Shown here piece after piece: positions 10,233 through 20,340 of a stretch of DNA of 36,901 nt. Where the stretch lies: IMG/VR virus record IMGVR_UViG_2802429253_000012, one strand, 5' to 3'. The first letter of the stretch is position 1, and each line of letters starts with the position of its first letter. The DNA is from a virus (Duplodnaviria > Heunggongvirae > Uroviricota > Caudoviricetes). The position numbers and the translations under genes are program-made. Under the pieces are notes generated by a model. The model saw only the letters and a list, made by a program, of their open reading frames with translations. It ran no database searches and had not been told where the DNA came from.

Positions 10233-11348
10233 TTAAATCCCTGCTTTTCTGAATACCTGTGCATCACGCTCACGGAGTTGCTTCAGCGTCAGCCATTCGC
10301 CTTTATCGGTGTAAAATTCATCTGGCGACATACCACCATCCCGAATCAGCTTTGCCCGGGTTTCCCCCACAATCTGTTTTTGTCTGGTGTAAGGCTGACG
10401 CAAAAACCATTCCCTGTAGGTTGTATCTCCGGCCACCACGCCATCCATGCTGGCCCGCTCAGCCGGGGAAATATCACGAACATCAATACCCAGTTCCTTC
10501 GCTGATTTCAGAATGAACGTTTCCGTTGAGCGGCAGCAGAAATGAATTTTTCCCGGCCCCTGCAAATAAGGCACGCTGTGACCTACAGGTTTATTATCCA
10601 GCGTATATTTGAGGCGATCCCTGATTCGACATTGTGGCGTAGTACGATTATCAAGCGTTGATAACCATTGCTTACCCTTAATCAAATCATTATTCGCGCG
10701 TGCAAAACTCTCACGAGCAGTAGCAGCAAGATGTCCAACCGCTGTTTTTGCAATGCTGGCCGCATTAGCCCGGCTCATCTGCAATGCACCATCCTGAAAT
10801 CCCTTACTGACATGTCCCCGAATTTTTCTTGCGATCTGCTCATTGGTATCCCCCAGCAAAAAACCCTGACGCACCGTATTTGTTATGCGTCTGAGCCGAT
10901 CCGCCTCAAGATCTGAGGCCCACTCACTGAGCAGTCGTCCCTGGAATGGTCGCGCCATTGCAGCGGCGTAAAGTGCATCAGAAGAGATACCAACCAGAGG
11001 GTGAACATCAGCAACAAAATCAGGTAGCAGAGAATCAAACAGACTTAACTGATAACCAACCTCATAAATTGCCAGCTCGTTCAGCTCTCCGGAGAGACTG
11101 GTAAACATGCTGTTAATAGCAGTGCGGTTAACCTCTCTGACACTCGCCAGAAGTGACTCCAGGCGCGTAACGGTAAAACTACTAGGATCGAGGCTGTCCA
11201 GTGCTACCAGCAGGCGAGCTGTAAGCTCCGCATCGCTGTCATTCAGTATTTTCACCATTCTGGCAGCCACACCAGTGCTATAGCGGGATATCCAGACTGC
11301 ATGAGCAATTGATTCATCACGCAGCCGTTCATTCACGGTTTGCATCAT
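10233..11348 (-). CDS. Head morphogenesis protein (Mu F / SPP1 gp7 family-like)
   Basis: 371-aa ORF directly downstream of portal with short overlap; sequence character matches my recollection of this minor capsid family. Confidence 0.7.
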   Translation of the reverse strand: MMQTVNERLRDESIAHAVWISRYSTGVAARMVKILNDSDAELTARLLVALDSLDPSSFTVTRLESLLASVREVNRTAINSMFTSLSGELNELAIYEVGYQLSLFDSLLPDFVADVHPLVGISSDALYAAAMARPFQGRLLSEWASDLEADRLRRITNTVRQGFLLGDTNEQIARKIRGHVSKGFQDGALQMSRANAASIAKTAVGHLAATARESFARANNDLIKGKQWLSTLDNRTTPQCRIRDRLKYTLDNKPVGHSVPYLQGPGKIHFCCRSTETFILKSAKELGIDVRDISPAERASMDGVVAGDTTYREWFLRQPYTRQKQIVGETRAKLIRDGGMSPDEFYTDKGEWLTLKQLRERDAQVFRKAGI

Positions 11349-12735
11349 TGATTTCCATCAGCATTACACTCTGATTTTTTAATTCATCGATCACTTCCTC
11401 TGGACGGGAATCCTGATCGATAAATTTCAACGCCTGCAACACCCGAACCGCATCAATCTGACGTATATCACCGCCCTGACGCAATGACTGAACAGCCAGC
11501 GCGGAGGATGAGTCAAACACCTGGGCAGATACATCCAGTTCAGTGCGCACATCCACATTGCCACCGCAACTCTCTCCGCTCCATTCCGCCATTATCTGGA
11601 GAATATTATCGAGGGCATCTTCGAGGGAGTTCGCCATTGTATAAAGCGGCGAGTGTTCCTGCATCCGCTCTTCATTAGTCTGATCAACAGATTTGGTGGA
11701 TGTATTTTCAGCCCGCAGAAGTTTAGCGCCGGCATGACGCATCTGATTTTCCAGCTTCTCAAGTGATGTTTCGCCAGATTCTATCGCTGCGCCACTATGT
11801 TCAACATATTCGAGGCCATTTTTTGTTCTGTCCTCAAAAATCGTAGCGGTGGATGCACCAACCGTCAGTTCTTCATTCCTGTCCAGCCCGTAGGCCACCA
11901 GCAATGGAACGCGGGCAACATGAAGAATATTGTCCTGCTCGCTCTGGCTTTGCCAGTGCTTGATATTCAGCAAGCCAAGATTAAGCAATGGCGGTGTACC
12001 ACGCATAAACCCTGTTTTCTTCGTATACAGTGTTACCAGAGGAATATCATCACGGCTGGTATTCCATGACTCATGAAGCGTCCAGACAGATTCGCCATTA
12101 GTACCTTCGCTGCGTCGATAAATTTCAACTCGACGGGGCATAATATGGCGGATCTGCTCCACCTTCTTCTGCCCGAAATCATCACCATCAATAATGATGA
12201 CCTCTTTTATACGCAAATCAGTGAGAACAACTTTCCCTTTTTCAACTTTCGATTTCCATCCAATAACCTGGCGTGGATTCAGCATCGTAACGTACGGGCG
12301 ACCACCGGCCGCGTTTTCATCGGCTTTTGTCCGAATCTCTTTCATATCCGTTCGTGGATAGTCCACCAGCGCATGTGCCACACCATACTGAAATGCGAGA
12401 CTGAAAAATTGCTGCGCCCACACATCCAGTCGGCTCCCCTCCATGTCGATATTTTCTGCATATTCCCTGATTTTTTCCGGCGTTTCCTCACTCAATACTG
12501 TCGGCTCTGCAAATATGCGCCCAATATTTTGTTTGATGCTTTCTTCATACACAGGAAGTAGCGTAGCCACAGACAGGCGTTTTTTATAAGCGTCTTCATC
12601 TTCATTAGGCCATTTGGGGAGATAATTTTCCCCCTGCCTGCGCATTTCAAGCGTACCGCCCATCAATGCGTCGTTAATATCCCACGCCTCCAGCATATCG
12701 TTATAGTCGAGGTTGGGTGTTGATATATCAGCCAT
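11329..12735 (-). CDS. Portal protein
   Basis: 468-aa ORF immediately downstream of the large terminase gene; size and position typical of portal. Confidence 0.8.
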   Translation of the reverse strand: MADISTPNLDYNDMLEAWDINDALMGGTLEMRRQGENYLPKWPNEDEDAYKKRLSVATLLPVYEESIKQNIGRIFAEPTVLSEETPEKIREYAENIDMEGSRLDVWAQQFFSLAFQYGVAHALVDYPRTDMKEIRTKADENAAGGRPYVTMLNPRQVIGWKSKVEKGKVVLTDLRIKEVIIIDGDDFGQKKVEQIRHIMPRRVEIYRRSEGTNGESVWTLHESWNTSRDDIPLVTLYTKKTGFMRGTPPLLNLGLLNIKHWQSQSEQDNILHVARVPLLVAYGLDRNEELTVGASTATIFEDRTKNGLEYVEHSGAAIESGETSLEKLENQMRHAGAKLLRAENTSTKSVDQTNEERMQEHSPLYTMANSLEDALDNILQIMAEWSGESCGGNVDVRTELDVSAQVFDSSSALAVQSLRQGGDIRQIDAVRVLQALKFIDQDSRPEEVIDELKNQSVMLMEINDANRE

Positions 12736-12737
12736 AA

Positions 12738-14048
12738 TTAAATCCGAAGTGATGTGACTCTTCCGGTCGGTTTGACAATAGGGAATTGCTTAACGATGAA
12801 ATAACCTCCGGCATCATTCGGGTGATCATTGCCAGATTTTTTATCAGGCTCCCCCTTATCATCCCAGACCTGTTGCTCCAGAGATTCGGCATATACCGGA
12901 CAACGCTTCACATTAACTTTATAGCGACGCTCACCATTGGCATTGCAGAACATTGCATTCATTGAGTTAACGCGATCTTTTACTGGCGGGTTCGAGCTGT
13001 TCACCACAACGTTAAAACCAGCCTGCTTAAGCTGGGCTATATCCGTCGTACTTGCGTTACTTGATTTTCTGGAATCTCCGGAAGCATCTGGATAAATATA
13101 AATCTCCCTCACTTTCCGGTAATCATTCCCGTCATACAGCCAGAAGCGTTCTTTAATGATGCGGATCATATCCGGCGTATCGTAGGCATTGATGATTTCA
13201 GTTACCGCACATGGAAGCCCCAAACGCAGCACATGGACGATCCCCGCCATCTTTCCAACGTTAAAATCCATCCCAATATAAATCGGCTCCCCTGGCTGCT
13301 CCACTTCTTCGCAATTATTCAGTTTCCGGTCAAACTGATGGTAAACAGTACCACTTGTCAGGTTAGTAAACTGTCCTCGAAGATAGGCTTTAATCAGCTC
13401 TGGAGGGTATGATTCAAGAAGCGAAGGAATGTAATCTGCTGGCAGGTTCTTTTCATTATCGAAAGTAGATGCCTGCACCAGACCATACAGTGAGGCCAGC
13501 TCTGTTTTTTCACGCACGGCTTTAACAAACTGCTCGTAGACAAATTTGAATCCTTCCGGCGTGGTTGTAACGTCAATACCGTTGCGAAGTCCATCAATCT
13601 TATAACGCATACGCGCAATTATCTTGCGCCACGCCGTTCTGGCTTTTTCCTTCGGCAAAATGTCCAGTTCATCCACCAGCGCATTACCAATTTTGAAACC
13701 GACGATCGTTTGTGGCTTCTCCATCGATCTGCAGATAGTGGTTCCCCGATACTGGCGTCCGTAATAAAAGTGAACCTCTTTATTTCCCTCATTAATTTTT
13801 ACGTTCAATCCCCAGTCAGCAGCAACTTCTTCCACTGTAGGGTAAAAAATATCGCGAATTTGGGGATACGTTGGCGCAAAATATCCCTGATTTATACCTG
13901 GATGCTCCCAAATCCCCTTGCATATGCCGCCACACCCAACCCATGTTTTGCCCGAGCCAAAACCAGCAATATAGGCTTTAAATTTATGGGGCATTGAAAG
14001 AAATCGCGCCTGAGGCACATTAAGCGTCGGAGAGATCATCTTCATCAC
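12738..14048 (-). CDS. Terminase large subunit
   Basis: 436-aa ORF with N-terminal Walker A-like GFGSGKT and acidic nuclease-type C-terminal half. Confidence 0.9.
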   Translation of the reverse strand: MMKMISPTLNVPQARFLSMPHKFKAYIAGFGSGKTWVGCGGICKGIWEHPGINQGYFAPTYPQIRDIFYPTVEEVAADWGLNVKINEGNKEVHFYYGRQYRGTTICRSMEKPQTIVGFKIGNALVDELDILPKEKARTAWRKIIARMRYKIDGLRNGIDVTTTPEGFKFVYEQFVKAVREKTELASLYGLVQASTFDNEKNLPADYIPSLLESYPPELIKAYLRGQFTNLTSGTVYHQFDRKLNNCEEVEQPGEPIYIGMDFNVGKMAGIVHVLRLGLPCAVTEIINAYDTPDMIRIIKERFWLYDGNDYRKVREIYIYPDASGDSRKSSNASTTDIAQLKQAGFNVVVNSSNPPVKDRVNSMNAMFCNANGERRYKVNVKRCPVYAESLEQQVWDDKGEPDKKSGNDHPNDAGGYFIVKQFPIVKPTGRVTSLRI

Positions 14049-15114
14049 TCCTTACTCTGGCATCAACCACATTAATATTGATCGCCACAGGCTGGGGATG
14101 TTCATTATCTTCCACCGTTTCGATCTCTTTGCGCAGCTTCTGGTTTTCCATTCTGCGTCGTTCAATTTCCAGTTCCTGTAGCCGCTTATCTGCACATAAA
14201 GCCCCGCCAGCAGAAAGCAAACGCAACAATTCACGCCGGGCGGCAGCCTTATCCTCCAGCAGGATCTCAACGCCGAATTTTCCGAGTTTTGCCCCTGCAT
14301 ATAATTGCCGCGCATCCCCATCAAGCAGAGTGGTATCAGCCATATAAAGCTGTCCCGTTCCCTCACCGCAGCACTTCGGGCAGTCCGGATTGGGTATGGC
14401 GTTATCAACAAAGCCGAGGCCTCCATATTCCGGTTCGGGTTTGCCATCTCTGGAAGCCTGCGCCGCTGCCTTGTCGAATTCTGCTATATCGCGCCACTGG
14501 TAGAGATGATTCTCGCCCCAGCAATAACGGCAGTTAACACGGCGAAATTGTGCAAGCTGATTGGGGTCGGCCAGGACAATGGCCATCAACTGACTCACCA
14601 GTAAATCCAGGTCTGCGGTATAGCGTTTCTGGTACTGATTGCGGAAGTAGCTGATAGCGCGAAAAACCCTGGCATTTCTAAGCATACGACTGGCGTTGCT
14701 GTTAGCTGTCGCACCTTGCCCCTCATAACCGGCTAGTCGGTACGCCTCTGTCGGCTTTTTCCCCTGAGCAACAAGCATCGCAAACTTAGCCTGCTGGTCA
14801 GAAATGCCGAATTCATCGGGACAGAACGAAAATTCCTCCGCGTCGCCCTCATTCAGGCCCGCATCGAATACTGGCTTTTTTTCCTGAGATTTTTCGTTCC
14901 GCTTTTGTGCAGTCTGCGCAGATTTTTTCTGCGCACTTTTTTGCGCAGTTTTGCGCATTTCTGTCTGCGCATTTTTCGGAGGTTTTTTGATGTAACGACG
15001 GGCTGTTGCGTAATTCAGTCCCCTTGCTTCACACCATGCCACCGGAGATATACCGGAGCGGGTGTATTCAGCAATATACTCCTGCTGCAACGCCCCCCAG
15101 TCCGGTCTGCTCAT
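14020..15114 (-). CDS. Terminase small subunit, unusually long (364 aa) with N-terminal HTH, Lys/Gln-rich linker, Cys cluster and C-terminal coiled coil
   Basis: Position immediately upstream of and overlapping TerL; N-terminal HTH-like segment; CPKCCGEG and CRYCWGE Cys motifs read from the translation. Confidence 0.6.
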   Translation of the reverse strand: MSRPDWGALQQEYIAEYTRSGISPVAWCEARGLNYATARRYIKKPPKNAQTEMRKTAQKSAQKKSAQTAQKRNEKSQEKKPVFDAGLNEGDAEEFSFCPDEFGISDQQAKFAMLVAQGKKPTEAYRLAGYEGQGATANSNASRMLRNARVFRAISYFRNQYQKRYTADLDLLVSQLMAIVLADPNQLAQFRRVNCRYCWGENHLYQWRDIAEFDKAAAQASRDGKPEPEYGGLGFVDNAIPNPDCPKCCGEGTGQLYMADTTLLDGDARQLYAGAKLGKFGVEILLEDKAAARRELLRLLSAGGALCADKRLQELEIERRRMENQKLRKEIETVEDNEHPQPVAININVVDARVRSDEDDLSDA

Positions 15115-15117
15115 CAG

Positions 15118-15369
15118 TTAGTCCTGATTTTTATCCACCCTGAGTAGTTCGCGCAGAGCAAAGGCATCCCCTTTTCTGGCAAGCTTAAACAATGCCGCTC
15201 GTAACTCGGCTTCACCTTTCGCTCTGCCCTTACGGATGGCCGCATAAAAATCTGTCATTGCTTCCCGATTTTCTTTCAGTCGGTTCAGATCAACATCCAG
15301 AACGTCAGCGATTTGTTGTGCAGTCATCCGGCACGCTGCCAGAGACTCGACTTTCGAATACGGAATCAT
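15118..15369 (-). CDS. Small HTH-like protein upstream of TerS (start uncertain; could be 15327 or 15258)
   Basis: 83-aa ORF whose stop lies 4 nt from the TerS start; overlaps the 3-prime 65 nt of the upstream gene in another frame; AGGGGTGA upstream of the 15369 start. Confidence 0.4.
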   Translation of the reverse strand: MIPYSKVESLAACRMTAQQIADVLDVDLNRLKENREAMTDFYAAIRKGRAKGEAELRAALFKLARKGDAFALRELLRVDKNQD

Positions 15370-16237
15370 TTGTCACCCCTATTGATATGCAGGGTGTCTT
15401 CTTCCTGTATTTTTCGTGAAGGATTTTTACTGCAGCGTTGTTCCAGGTGACCTGATGGTGAATGCGTTTATGGCTGGCACCCATCAGTGAGATTTTTACG
15501 CACGACGGCGCATACATGACGGAGTAAAAACTTTTAACGTAGGTTCCGGAATCCAGATACAGCTCGGTCATTCCGCCGCTGTTTTTCTGCGTCTGTTTCT
15601 GCCCTAACTGGACAGCACCGATCGTCATAAACAATTCACCACAGCGACCGAGATTCGTGTACGTATTCACATCCTCGTTAATGCGCCCCATGAATGAGAA
15701 CGGTCGATCAACCGAACAGATAAAGCTGTTCATTGCCTTGCGTTTCACCCACGAAGCATGGCCGCCATTGTCACCAAGAAAATCCCCGCCCTGCGACATA
15801 GCGATGGAAAGAGCAGGTATTGATTCGTAGTACGCCAGCATTTCAGAAAGGATCGCATCCAGTTTCCTTATCGGAAAATAGGCCTGGTCATAGTTGCGAT
15901 CCACCCGAAACTGGAACTCGTGATAATCATCATCGAGCTGAATGAAGTATTTACACCCGACCAGTTTTGCCAGGTCGAAACAGGCATTACGGGCGTAAAA
16001 AATTGAGCGGCGGTCACCGAAATTATCGGCTTCGTCAAAACGACTGGCGATATCGGCTTTGGAAAACACCAGCACCTGTTCACCAAATTCAGCCATGTAC
16101 TGATGCCGTGTCTTATCTTCATCATCAACAACGATAAAAATTTTCCCGGTATAGCCAGCACGACGCAACGTCCGGTAAGTCAGAACTTTGTCCGGTCGCC
16201 CGTGAGTCAGAATAAAGGCGCAAAAATCATCACGCAT
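15305..16237 (-). CDS. Hypothetical protein with GT-A glycosyltransferase-like features (DDED and LDDDY acidic motifs); product unverified
   Basis: 310-aa ORF from the ATG at 16237 with GGAGGAGGA RBS; start overlaps the ParB-like stop in the string ATGCGTGA; beta-strand/acidic motif pattern is my inference only. Confidence 0.6.
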   Translation of the reverse strand: MRDDFCAFILTHGRPDKVLTYRTLRRAGYTGKIFIVVDDEDKTRHQYMAEFGEQVLVFSKADIASRFDEADNFGDRRSIFYARNACFDLAKLVGCKYFIQLDDDYHEFQFRVDRNYDQAYFPIRKLDAILSEMLAYYESIPALSIAMSQGGDFLGDNGGHASWVKRKAMNSFICSVDRPFSFMGRINEDVNTYTNLGRCGELFMTIGAVQLGQKQTQKNSGGMTELYLDSGTYVKSFYSVMYAPSCVKISLMGASHKRIHHQVTWNNAAVKILHEKYRKKTPCISIGVTNDSVFESRVSGSVPDDCTTNR

Positions 16238-17021
16238 ATTCCTCCTCCTCACCACCATGCATGATCTCCACCATGCGCTGCGTCATCCGGACAAATCCAT
16301 TTTCAATAGCCTGCTGATAATCAATGATCACCAGCGCCGACTCCTCGAAAAAACACTGAATTTCAGCGGGGGCGTGAGCGTAATAGTCCGCAATTCTGCT
16401 GAAATTAAACACCGTGTGACGTTCTGCCGCACACAGGAGGAATTTCTCAATATCAGGCTCAAGAGACGCCGAACGTATCCGGCTGATCAGCTCCTGAGTT
16501 TTCGTATCGTCGTACAGTTCACTGATATCCGGTTTACCGCCCGACGGCTCATAAACAGGCGTATCAATTTTCGTCGTATACGGCTCCTCCTCATTTTCTG
16601 TACCTGGCAAAACATCCGTCAACAGTTCATCAATTTCTGTCGGGCTGAAGCCTGTCAGGGAGACATCAAAATCAGCATTGATTAGGTCCGACAGCTCCAT
16701 CCGTAACAGATCTTCATCCCAGCCAGCATTCATCGGCAGGCGATTATCTGCCAGGCGGTACGCCTTTTTCTGATCATCCATCAAACCAGACAGAACGATG
16801 ACCGGAATGGAATCCATTTTGAGCACTTCAGCCGCCATAACGCGACCGTGACCAGCAATAATTTCGCCCTTTTCATCAATCAGCACCGGATTAGTCCAGC
16901 CGAATTGCTTAATGCTTTCTACCAGTTGTGCCACCTGCTCAGGGCTGTGTGTCCTGGCGTTGTGTGCATACGGAGACAGTTCTTGTAAAGGGCGATAGAC
17001 GATCTTCAATTTCTCGCTCAT
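16230..17021 (-). CDS. ParB-like nuclease domain protein
   Basis: 263-aa ORF; N-terminal region (YRPLQELSPYAHNARTH ... IIAGHGR) matches the ParB/sulfiredoxin N-terminal domain pattern; acidic C-terminal tail. Confidence 0.75.
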   Translation of the reverse strand: MSEKLKIVYRPLQELSPYAHNARTHSPEQVAQLVESIKQFGWTNPVLIDEKGEIIAGHGRVMAAEVLKMDSIPVIVLSGLMDDQKKAYRLADNRLPMNAGWDEDLLRMELSDLINADFDVSLTGFSPTEIDELLTDVLPGTENEEEPYTTKIDTPVYEPSGGKPDISELYDDTKTQELISRIRSASLEPDIEKFLLCAAERHTVFNFSRIADYYAHAPAEIQCFFEESALVIIDYQQAIENGFVRMTQRMVEIMHGGEEEEYA

Positions 17022-17158
17022 ACAGCCTTGCTTTATGAATAAAACGCACCCCAGCAGCCAGTGCTACTGGGGGCGGAGGTGTTGCTGGTAAAGTTAGGTA
17101 TTGGATCAATGAGTGAGTCAATATAATATTAAACTCACAATTATAAATCAGCCATATA

Positions 17159-18616
17159 TTAGGAGCGCCAAAAAAAACCTGAAAACAATATAATAACAGG
17201 ATAAATTTCAAGGCGACCAAGAATCATAGCTATGCACATTAAATATTTTGCAATGTCATTAAGCACTCCGAATGACGATGCAGTAGCCCCAAAACCTAAT
17301 CCCATATTATTAATACATGCAGCCACTGTTGCAAATGATGTAAGAAAATCATATCCCATACCATTTAACACCAGTATAAAAAACACCGTGAAGAGAGTAT
17401 AAAGAAAAAAGAAACTCCATACAGACCTCATTACACGATCTGTAACTATCTTCCCTCCTACATTTACACTCAACAACGCTCTGGGATGAGAAAGCTGGTT
17501 TATCTCGTGTTTGCTTTGTTTGAAAAGTATAAGAAATCGAAGTGATTTAATTCCACCACAAGTTGAACCTATACATCCCCCAAAGAAACTTGACAACAGC
17601 AAAAACACTATCGTGTGCGTGGGCCAGTTTGCATAATCCTGCGTAGCTAAACCATTATCAGTGAGCATGGAGCTGGCAAGAAAAAACGAATGAATAAAAC
17701 TTCCAGGCAAGTCATACATACCTATATGCCAGACCTGGAAAGAGGTAACAATGATCACCCCTAAGGCTATTAACAGAAAGAAACGAAGTTCAATATCTCT
17801 GATTAAAGGTTTTAACGTTTTCCTGCTAATAACAATATACCAAAGGGTGAAGTTGAAAGCCGATAGCAGGGAAAAAGAACCAGCCACCAGCTCAACCAAA
17901 TAGTTATTAAAATATCCGATACTCTCGCTATGAGTTGAGAAACCACCAAGCGAAACTGTGGAAATCCCGTGACAAATAGCATCAAACAAAGGCATTCCTG
18001 CAAGTCTATAACAGACAATACAAGCAATACCTAATAAAGAATAAGTTATCCACAGTGTCCGTGACGTATCGGCCAGGCGGGGAGTGAGTTTGTCATCCTT
18101 AAATGGCCCCGGCATTTCTGACTGATAAAGCTTTGCACCACCAATACCCAATAATGGCAATACAGCAACCGCCAGAACAATAACTCCTAAACCACCTATA
18201 AAATTTAACTGTGACCGATAGTACAAATATGCCCGAGGTAATGAACTAACATCATCAATTACAGTTGCTCCTGTTGTTGTTATTCCAGAAACCCCTTCAA
18301 ACAGAGCATCAATGAACGTTAAATTAAGTTCTGAGTCAATCCATAAAGGGAATGCACTAATAACAGAAAACAAAATCCAAAACATTACAATTATAATAAA
18401 CCCATCACGGGTACGTAATTGAATGCCAGATTTCTTAGTTGTATACCACGCTCCGCCCCCAATGCAAAAAAATATAACGAAAGTTATAAAGAAAACGAAC
18501 AGGCTTTTTTCTTTATAAAACAATGCTACAACCATTGGTGGCAACATTGAAAGACTATAGAGCCAAACCAGGAACCCACACATATGAGTAACAACTCTTA
18601 CATGAGATGTATTCAT
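17159..18616 (-). CDS. trkG: TrkG/TrkH-family potassium uptake membrane protein
   Basis: 485-aa multi-pass hydrophobic ORF starting MNTSHVRVVTHMCGF, as I recall for E. coli TrkG; visibly AT-rich relative to flanking phage genes. Confidence 0.85.
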   Translation of the reverse strand: MNTSHVRVVTHMCGFLVWLYSLSMLPPMVVALFYKEKSLFVFFITFVIFFCIGGGAWYTTKKSGIQLRTRDGFIIIVMFWILFSVISAFPLWIDSELNLTFIDALFEGVSGITTTGATVIDDVSSLPRAYLYYRSQLNFIGGLGVIVLAVAVLPLLGIGGAKLYQSEMPGPFKDDKLTPRLADTSRTLWITYSLLGIACIVCYRLAGMPLFDAICHGISTVSLGGFSTHSESIGYFNNYLVELVAGSFSLLSAFNFTLWYIVISRKTLKPLIRDIELRFFLLIALGVIIVTSFQVWHIGMYDLPGSFIHSFFLASSMLTDNGLATQDYANWPTHTIVFLLLSSFFGGCIGSTCGGIKSLRFLILFKQSKHEINQLSHPRALLSVNVGGKIVTDRVMRSVWSFFFLYTLFTVFFILVLNGMGYDFLTSFATVAACINNMGLGFGATASSFGVLNDIAKYLMCIAMILGRLEIYPVIILFSGFFWRS

Positions 18617-18753
18617 ATCTAAATATTCTTTCAATTATAACCACCTTGCTGCAATATTATGATTATACTGTATAAAATTTAACTCCTCTTAGATCTTACT
18701 TCACTGTTCCTTATGAAACAATCATCAAAATGAATCATATTGTAGTTAAGATT

Positions 18754-19218
18754 TTACTTTAAACACTGTTCGGTTATGTATTGCTGAGCACCTTCAAGTT
18801 GGGCCTGCATCATTACCAGTCGTTCCCGGAGGGTGAAATAATCCCGTTCAGCGGTGTCTGCCAGTCGGGGGGAGGCTGCATTATCCACGCCGGAGGCGGT
18901 GGTGGCTTCACGCACTGACTGACAGACTGCTTTGATGTGCAACCGACGACGACCAGCGGCAACATCATCACGCAGAGCATCATTTTCAGCTTTCGCATCA
19001 GCTAACTCCTTCGTGTATTTTGCATCGAGCGCAGCAACATCACGCTGACGCTGCTGCATGTCAGTAATGGTGGCGGTCGCCTGCTTCAGCTCACTGACTT
19101 TTTTATCTCGCTGTTCTTTGTAGGCGATGGCGTTATCACGGTAATGATTGACCGCCCACGACAGGCAGACGATGATGCAGATAACCAGAGCGGAGATAAT
19201 CGCGGTTACTCTGCTCAT
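18754..19218 (-). CDS. Rz: Spanin inner-membrane subunit Rz
   Basis: 154-aa ORF with N-terminal TM segment and coiled coil, immediately downstream of the endolysin gene and containing the embedded Rz1 frame. Confidence 0.85.
   Translation of the reverse strand: MSRVTAIISALVICIIVCLSWAVNHYRDNAIAYKEQRDKKVSELKQATATITDMQQRQRDVAALDAKYTKELADAKAENDALRDDVAAGRRRLHIKAVCQSVREATTASGVDNAASPRLADTAERDYFTLRERLVMMQAQLEGAQQYITEQCLK
18813..18998 (-). CDS. Rz1: Spanin outer-membrane lipoprotein Rz1 (embedded in Rz, other frame)
   Basis: 61-aa ORF with lipobox (VVGC) and proline-rich stretch [15 protein letters not shown]. Confidence 0.85.
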   Translation of the reverse strand: MRKLKMMLCVMMLPLVVVGCTSKQSVSQCVKPPPPPAWIMQPPPDWQTPLNGIISPSGNDW

Positions 19219-19712
19219 TGTTGCCCCCACAAACAGACTTCACGCTCAATCTCACGACGAGTCATCAGACCTTTCCATTGCTTACCGCCAGCGTATGTCC
19301 AGCGACGTAGCTGGTCACATGCGCCTTTGATATCGCCCTGGTTTATTTTGCGAAGAAGCGTCGATGTTCTGAAATTGCCAGCACCCACGTTGTAGACGAA
19401 CGAGTAAAGAGCGCCGCGCGTTGTTTCCGGTATATCGACTTTGATGTACGGGTTAATTTGTCTGGCGACCGTGGCAAGGTCTTTATTCAGGAGGGCTTTG
19501 CATTCTGCTTCGGTATACGTTTTACCGAGCATGATGTCTTTTCCGGTGTGTCCGTGACATACAGTCCATACGCCAACGATATCTTTGTATGGTATGTAGC
19601 TGACACCTTCCAGGCCATCGTCACCACTTGGGCCAGTGATTAACACTGATGCTATAGCAATTGCTCCGCCACCAATAGCAGCAGCAACTGCTTTTCGTAA
19701 TGATGGAGGCAT
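19215..19712 (-). CDS. R: SAR endolysin (phage 21 R-type lysozyme)
   Basis: 165-aa ORF with Gly/Ala-rich N-terminal signal-anchor-release segment; sequence matches my recollection of phage 21 R almost residue for residue. Confidence 0.95.
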   Translation of the reverse strand: MPPSLRKAVAAAIGGGAIAIASVLITGPSGDDGLEGVSYIPYKDIVGVWTVCHGHTGKDIMLGKTYTEAECKALLNKDLATVARQINPYIKVDIPETTRGALYSFVYNVGAGNFRTSTLLRKINQGDIKGACDQLRRWTYAGGKQWKGLMTRREIEREVCLWGQQ

Positions 19713-19927
19713 TATTCACCTCTCGCAGCCTTGCGCTTATCTTCTTTAATCTTGAAATAAAGGTTTGTCAGGTACGTCAGCAGGCCAAATACCAGGCTAC
19801 CCAGCACACCTATTGCAGCCCACTGTGACGGAGTTACTCTATCGAGCAACTGTAAAAACCAGTAGCCAGCACTGCCTGCGGAGGTGCCATAGGCGACACC
19901 CGTTGTTAACTTATCCATGGATTTCAT
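19712..19927 (-). CDS. S: Pinholin (phage 21 S-type) with dual-start motif MKSMDK
   Basis: 71-aa frame starting [10 protein letters not shown] inside the longer 19712..20071 ORF; two TM segments; directly upstream of the SAR endolysin. Confidence 0.9.
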   Translation of the reverse strand: MKSMDKLTTGVAYGTSAGSAGYWFLQLLDRVTPSQWAAIGVLGSLVFGLLTYLTNLYFKIKEDKRKAARGE

Positions 19928-20312
19928 AACCCCCACCTCGCAGATGCGGGCGCTGTGTAACGGAAACAAAAAATGGCCACCAGCGGCCCGTAAAAACACC
20001 CCGTCAAAAGCACCGGCATCCGCAGATGCCCTTTGCGTGGCGTTATTTGATGCGCGCCAGATGTGGCGCAAAGAAATGAAATAAGACTTATCGAAAATTA
20101 AGGTTAATTTGATGATTTAAACCACTTATGAAGCTTAGTAGTATGAACATGTCCCCAGAAGGGGGCCAATACTTATTATTCTTCATGGACTTTGTCCCGC
20201 GGTCTTAATCCGACGACCGCGCTACTTTTCACCCTCTCGCAAATTGCTATCTAAAGGACGTTGTCCCACGAGTATTCCTGGATGCTCGTGTCTTTTTTTG
20301 TCTGATGCAGGT

Positions 20313-20340
20313 ATAAAAAAAACCGCCAGATATGGCGGTT
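20313..20340 (-). terminator. Rho-independent terminator (8-bp stem aaccgcca/tggcggtt, loop of 4, then U8) between the tRNA genes and the holin
   Basis: Read from sequence; the U-tract is on the minus-strand transcript only. Confidence 0.55.

Noticed and set aside
12073-12561. 162-aa plus-strand ORF
   Set aside because: Antisense to the portal gene; no RBS and no recognisable features
14052-14447. 131-aa minus-strand ORF in an alternative frame of TerS
   Set aside because: Fully overlaps the TerS frame on the same strand and has an implausible composition
15305-16237. 310-aa protein as a DNA methyltransferase or PAPS-reductase-like partner of the ParB-like gene
   Set aside because: No DPPY/NPPY, PCQ/ENV or SGGKDS-type motifs seen in the translation
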